Shown: positions 15,001 to 21,000 of the stretch, piece by piece | Position numbering within the stretch: the stretch's first letter is position 1 | How the letters are laid out: each line of letters starts with the position of its first letter | Program-made: the position numbers and the translations under genes | The notes under the pieces: model-generated | What the model was told of the DNA's origin: nothing | The model's input: only the letters and a program-made list of their open reading frames with translations | Database searches by the model: none | Source: an uncultured Planctomycetaceae bacterium | GTDB lineage: Bacteria > Planctomycetota > Phycisphaerae > SM23-33 | Assembly (NCBI GenBank): GCA_964385465.1 | Contig: CAYLPJ010000028.1 | Location: 11,789 to 75,788, forward strand | Direction of reading: 5' to 3' | Length of the DNA stretch: 64,000 bases

Positions 15001-18000
15001 CGAACAGCTCGTCGTCGCCCATCCCGCCGTGGAGGGCATCGTCATCGTCGCCGCCGTGGAGTTCGTCGTCACCCATGCCGCCATCCAGGCGATCATTGCC
15101 CGAGCCGCCGTAGAGGCGGTCGTCCCCCGCGCCGCCGGTCAGGACGTCGTCGACGACGTCCGGCCCGGTCAGGCCGGCGTTCCCGTCGTCGCCCTCGCCG
15201 GCCGAGAGCAGCTCGCCCGTGCCCGCGGCGAACGTGGCCGAGCCGGCAGAGAGAATGTCGTCGCCGTCGCCACCGTCGAGGAGGTCGTGGCCGGTCCCGC
15301 CGATCAGCACGTCGTCAAAGTCGCCGCCGTTGAGCGTGTCGTCCCCGGCGCCGCCGTCCAAGCAGGCCGGCGCCCCGCCGGCCGTGAGCGTGTCCGTGCC
15401 CGCGCCGCCGACAAGATGCACCGGCAGGGCCAGCCGTCGGTCGGCCGCGAGGAGATCGTCGCCGTCCCCGCCGTCCACGTAGATGCCCGTGACGCCGGTG
15501 TAGGTCTGGCGCAGCCCGAGGGTCTCGACGGTGACTTCGCCATCGCCGCCGCGGCGCAGTTGCACCACGTCGTCCATCGCGTCGTCGCCGGCCGGGCCGC
15601 CCTGTCGCAGGTGGCTGTGCGGGCCGATGTGCACCAGCAGCGTGTTCGCCTCGAGGACCTCGCCGTCCGGCAGGGCGAGCGGTTCGGTGAGCACGCTGGC
15701 CAGGACTGGGTCGGGCTCCTCGGCCTGCTCGGGCCGGTCGGGCCGTTGGAGGTCATACTCCACGAGCGTGACGTGCCCGAAGTCGACGCTCTTCTCCCAG
15801 GATGTAAACAGCAGGTCGACGCGGACGTAAGCCTCCAGGCCCGCCTCGACCTTGCCGCTGACGTCGAAGATCCAGATCGGCCCGAGCATGAAGTTGTCGG
15901 CCAACTCGTCCAGCCGGACCTTGCCGTCTTCGTCGGGGTCGTTGAGATTGAACTCGACGCTGGCGTAGACGCCTCCGCCGACGCCGCCGCGCGCCACGCC
16001 GAGGTTCAGCTCCGCCGAGGCCACCAGCGAGCCCCGCAGCACGACTTCCGCGTTGTCGCGCCCGCCGGCGGCGTCGGCAACGTAGATGCCGTTGAGCAGG
16101 TCCAGCGGATCGCCGGTGCGGGCGACGTCGAAAATGCCCTGCGTGTCGTAGCCGAAGTCGAAGTCGATCTCCGCGCCGATCGTCCCGGCGATGCGGCAGC
16201 CCAGCGGGCCGATGATCGTGAAGAACTGGCTGTAGGTGAACTCCAGGTCCAGCGACGGCATGTTGTAGGTGATGAGGTCCACGTCCTCCCGGCCGAGCAG
16301 GAGCTGCATCACCATGGCGGGGTCGTCGATGAGGGGAAAGGCAAAGCCTTCGCCGTCGGCGTCGTCAGCGGCCTTGGGGATCGAGTCGTAGTACGAGCGG
16401 ACCTCGGGCCCGGTGGCGTCGAGCGATGAGGGGATGGGCGCAAGCGGCTCGGGCTCGCCGAGTTTGCCCGCGGCATCGTAGCTCATCGTGTAGCTGCCGA
16501 TCGGCATCCATACGCTCTCGCCGAATTGCGGGATGCTCAGCAGGTCGATTACGTCGGCGACGGCCTGGACGTACCTGGCGGCCCGCTCGGCCCCGCTGCC
16601 GAACAGCGAGGCCAGGTCCAGCAGCGTGATGTCCCGTCCCATGAGGTCGCTGATGCCCGCCAGCGGGGCGGTCAGGGCGTCGACGATGGGCTTGACCGGC
16701 TCGATGATCTCGTTGATCTCTCCAAGCAGGTTGCCGAACGCCCCGCTGAGATACTCGCCCACGTTCAGGCGGACGTCGCGGAATGCGATGGTCGGCTGCG
16801 GGTCGAGAATGTCGTCCAGGCTGCCCAGCGGCCATGCCACGTGCAATTCGCCGGCCACCGACGGCAGCATGCCCGAGCCCAGCGACGCCTCGATGTCCAG
16901 GTGCAGCCCGCACTCGGGATTGGTGAGCGTCGACTCGATGATGTCCGCCCCGGCCGTGGCGAGTTCGGAGATCGTCAGTCGGCCGTCGCCGCTGGGCTCG
17001 ACGATGTCCACCTGGAACTCCAGGCCCAGGCCGTTGAACTCGCCGCCCATCAGCGCGGCGGTCAGGTCGAGCGGACCCAGCTCACCGGCGGCGTCCAGCG
17101 AGGTCACCTGCACGTCCGCCGCCACCGTCACATCCGGCTGGTCGTCGATGTTTCCGACGTTGAAATACACGCCCTCGGAGCGGCTGATCCCGAAGCCCAG
17201 GTGCATGTCCAACGTCACGTCGACGCTGACGGAGCCGTCCACGGCCAGGCCCAGGCCGGGCACGTTCGCGTCCAGGACGAAGTCGTCGCCGGCGAAGCTC
17301 CAACCCGCCCCCAGCCACATGTCGTACTGCACGCGGTCCGTGTGCAGGTTGACCGTCTCGGGGATCATGAGGACGTCATCGAGCGTGGTCTCGCCGTCGG
17401 CGTTGGCGTCCTGGAGCCACCCCAGCCCGCCGGTGCCCAGCGCGTCCCACAAGGCCTGACGGATCGCCTGGGGCGAGTCGCCGACGGCCTCCAGCGTATC
17501 GACGAGCTGGGGCCGCATCTGCCCGACGAAGTCCGCGGCGTCGCGAAGCTGCGTGCCGATGATCGGGAACTCCAGGCCGAAAAGCTGGCTGTCCAGGGAA
17601 TCCTGGAGGATGGCGAGCATGCTGTCGATGCCGGCGGTGAGCACGCTGAGGTCGCTGCCGAAGTCCAGGCCGTCCATGTGGGCGCGGATGGTCTCGCCCA
17701 GATCGCCCGGGGTGAACTGGATATCCGGGTCGGTCAGGTCGTCGAGGGTCCAGACCAGCTCCGCCAGCTTGTGGTCGCGCGTGGGGAAGTACAGGGGCAG
17801 TTCGGCCCACGCCTGTTCGGGATACCCGCCGGAGGGGGCGTGCGTGACGTTGACGGTCAGGTCGCTCAGCAGCGGCTCGGCGTCCGCCAGCGTGCGGACG
17901 TCGCCGTCGCCCCCGAACTCGAAGTAGTGCCTCCCGTCCCCGTTGCCGTCCGTCAGCCCCGCCGAGAGGGTGGCGTCCAGGTAGCACGCGCCGTTGTCGT

Positions 18001-21000
18001 CGTCGGCGTTGCCTACGTACATTCCCAGCGCCCCGACGGCCGCGGCGAACTCCAACTCCTCGCCGGCGACGTTCACGTGCGCAACGGCGCCCGTGCTGTC
18101 GTAGACGAACGGGCGTGGATTCGTCGGGTCCGCGAAGTCCACGCCGAGATGCAGGCCGAGGTCCACGTCGGCCGTGACGTCGAGCTGTCCGTCGTTGCTG
18201 AAATCGAACATGCTCGTCAGGCCGGGCACATCGAGCACGCTCAGGTCCAGCGCCAGCGGGAACGTTCGCCCCGCGTTGCCCTCGGCGTCCTTGAGGATGG
18301 TGCTGAAGTCCAGGTCCAGCCGGAGCGCCGGGCCGGCCGGATCGATGCTCAGGCCGACCGCCTCGGCCGCCAGGCCCAGCGCCTCGGCCAGCTCGCCGGA
18401 CAGCTCTTCCAGCAGCGCCTGCGTGCTGAGGTTCACCTCCGCCACGCGGTCGGTGAGGTCGGCAACGAAGCCGAGCATGTCATCGAGCCTGCGCCCGATC
18501 AGCGGCAGCGTCTGGCCGAAGGGTCCGGCTTGGGCGATGGCCCCTGCGGCCCGGCCGGCCATGCCCAGCATCCCCTGCACGTCCGCCAGGGCGAGCGGCT
18601 GAAGGTTCAGCAGCTTGTCGAAGCCGTCCAGCACGGATGCCAGGCCGGCGAGATTGAGTTCGACGCGTGTGGGGAACGTCGAGCCGTCGGGCGCCGGCGG
18701 CAGGCCCGGCGGGGGAGGGGGGGGATTGATCGAGAAGACATCGCTGGAGTGCAGCTCGATGGCGGCGTCCGTCTCGATAAGCTGGCTGACGTCCACCCCG
18801 GCGATCTGGTCGTCCGCCTTGAGCGGCAGGCGGGCGTCCAGCGCCCCGCCGACGTCGAGCTGGAGCAGTCCGCTCGTGCCGTCGCTGAAGTTCCCCAACT
18901 CCCGCAGCAGCGCGTCCAGCGAGACGTCGGCGGCGCCCGTCCGCAGGGCAAGCTCGGCCGTCAGCGAGGCCTCGCCGTCCTGGATGCCCAGTTCGATCAT
19001 CTCGCCGAGGACGAACGTCGCGTCGATGTCGTCGGCCTCGACGCTCAGCCTCGCGTTCCACTCCATGCCGCTCTGGATGTATACGTGCTTCTCGAGCGTG
19101 TCGCCGTGGAGCGGCGCGGTCTCGACCACGCCATCCCCGTCGACGTCCTGGCCCAGCAGGCCCGGGGCCACGCCAGCCATCGAGCCGCTCGCGGCGCCCA
19201 CCTTCAGCATGGCGTCCTCGTCGGGCGCCGGGCCCGGATTCGACTCGGTGAAGGTGATCCGGTGCGTCTCGCTGTCGAGGGCGATCGTGAGCTTCCCCGC
19301 CGCCGTCGGCGGAATCGCGGCAGTCAGCTCCGCCGCGAGGTCGGCGGGCCTGTCCGTGCCCGAGACGCCAGAGAGGTCGAGCCCGACGGCCGTGCCGTCA
19401 CGCAGCGTCACGAGCACGTCCGCCTGCCCGGCCGGGCTGAGAAGCTGGTCCCACTTGTCGAGCGTCAGCTCGTTGAGAGTGGGCCAACCGTTCTCGGCGA
19501 CGGTGAAGCCGAGCTTGCGGAGGTCCATGACCATCGTGAAGGCTAGATCGACGTCCCCGGTCAGTTGCCCTGAGCCGGACGTGCTGAAGCCGCTGATCGG
19601 AGAGATCTCCAGTGAGCCCAGATCCAACGGCGACGCCAGTTCGGGGAGGCTGTCGGCGACGTGGAACTCGTACAGCAGCGCCGGTGCGGTCGCGCCGCCG
19701 GGCAGGGCATAGGCGGCGTCGTAGGTAACGGCCGTCAGCGCCGGCAGCAGGTCCCGCAGGGCCTGTGCGGTGTCGAAAGCGGGCAGGCCGGGCTCCGCTT
19801 CGAGCAGGTCGGCGACCTGCGCGTTGAACGCGGCGCGGGGGTTGATCGCATCGCCGAGGCGTCGCCCGGTCGTCGGCAGGACCACGTCGAAGGCGTCCGT
19901 GGCGGCCAGATCATCCAGCCACTGGCCGATCTGCTCGAGCACGCCGGCCACGCCCCCGGCGGAGAGGTCCTGGAAGCGGCGCAGGTCCTCGCCGGGCGCG
20001 AACGTGACCGTCGGCAGGGCCGGGTCGAAGAGGTCGCCGTCGAAGACCGTCGCGGTCACGCCGGCGCTGAGCCCGTCGATGCCGGTGGTCACCGCGGCCG
20101 GAAGCTCGATCTTCAGGAAGTTCGGCGGATCGTGGGGATGCGCCGGATCCGGGTCGCTGCGCGGGGTGAACTGGAGGGTCTCATCGATGGTGTGCGCGCG
20201 CATGCGGGCGGGCGTGATCCGCTCGCCGTACGGGCCCATGTCGAGCACCGCGCCGGTCACCCCCGCCGTCAGCGCCGCGCTGCCCCCGGAGAGGGCCAGC
20301 CCCAAGAACCCCAGGCGTGCGCCCAGGGACAGGTCGCTCACGTTCAGCGCCGCCGAGGCCTCGAACCGCGTGATCTCCGCGTAGGCGATGTCCCCCGGGT
20401 CGTCGGCTGTCAGGTCGATGCCCAGGTGCAGACCCAGTTCCAGCGACGCCGTCAGGGCGGCGTCGATCACCCCGTCCAGGATGAGTCCCGCGTCGAGCAG
20501 CTCGTTGGTGAAGTCCGACCTGGCGGCATGCGTCACGCTGTGGGAGAGGGTCCAATCGAGCTGGAGCTCGTCCTCCGCACCGGCCGTTGCCGAGGCCCCG
20601 ATCGCCGCCGCCAGCCCATCGATGGTCGCGGGGTCGGCGGAGTTCAGGTAGTCGGCCATCGGCTGGTGGACGTGGTCCCGGAAGAAGGCGGGCATGTCGA
20701 GCAATTGGCCGATAGAAGCCGGCTGGCCCTCGTTGACCGCGGCGACGGAGACGCCGGGCAGCGCCCGGCCCGCTGGACCCAGCGAGTGGGCCAGGGAGCC
20801 GAGCGTCGCCAGTTCCTCCGCCAGGTTGCGCAACGCCGCCACTTCCTGCGCCGTCAGAACGCGTGACGGCGACGGCGCGGCGAACTCGACGCGCATCTCG
20901 CCCGCCGTCGCGTCGTCCGTCGTCGCGATGTCCGCGCCCAGGGCGCTGTTGATCTGCGAGACGAGCGAGGGATCGCCCACACGCAGCGCCTCCAGCGTGA

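Noticed and set aside
1619-19546. Long plus-strand ORFs 1619..4513 (964 aa), 4679..6175, 6488..12010 (1,840 aa), 12314..16429 (1,371 aa) and 16526..19546 (1,006 aa) in the supplied track
   Set aside because: Their translations are V/G/A/R/D/Q/H-rich with no recognisable motifs, which is typical of the antisense of high-GC3 genes. The opposite strand reads as one continuous protein with FG-GAP, RTX, LRR and PKD motifs in a single frame. I treat them as shadow ORFs of giant gene 1.
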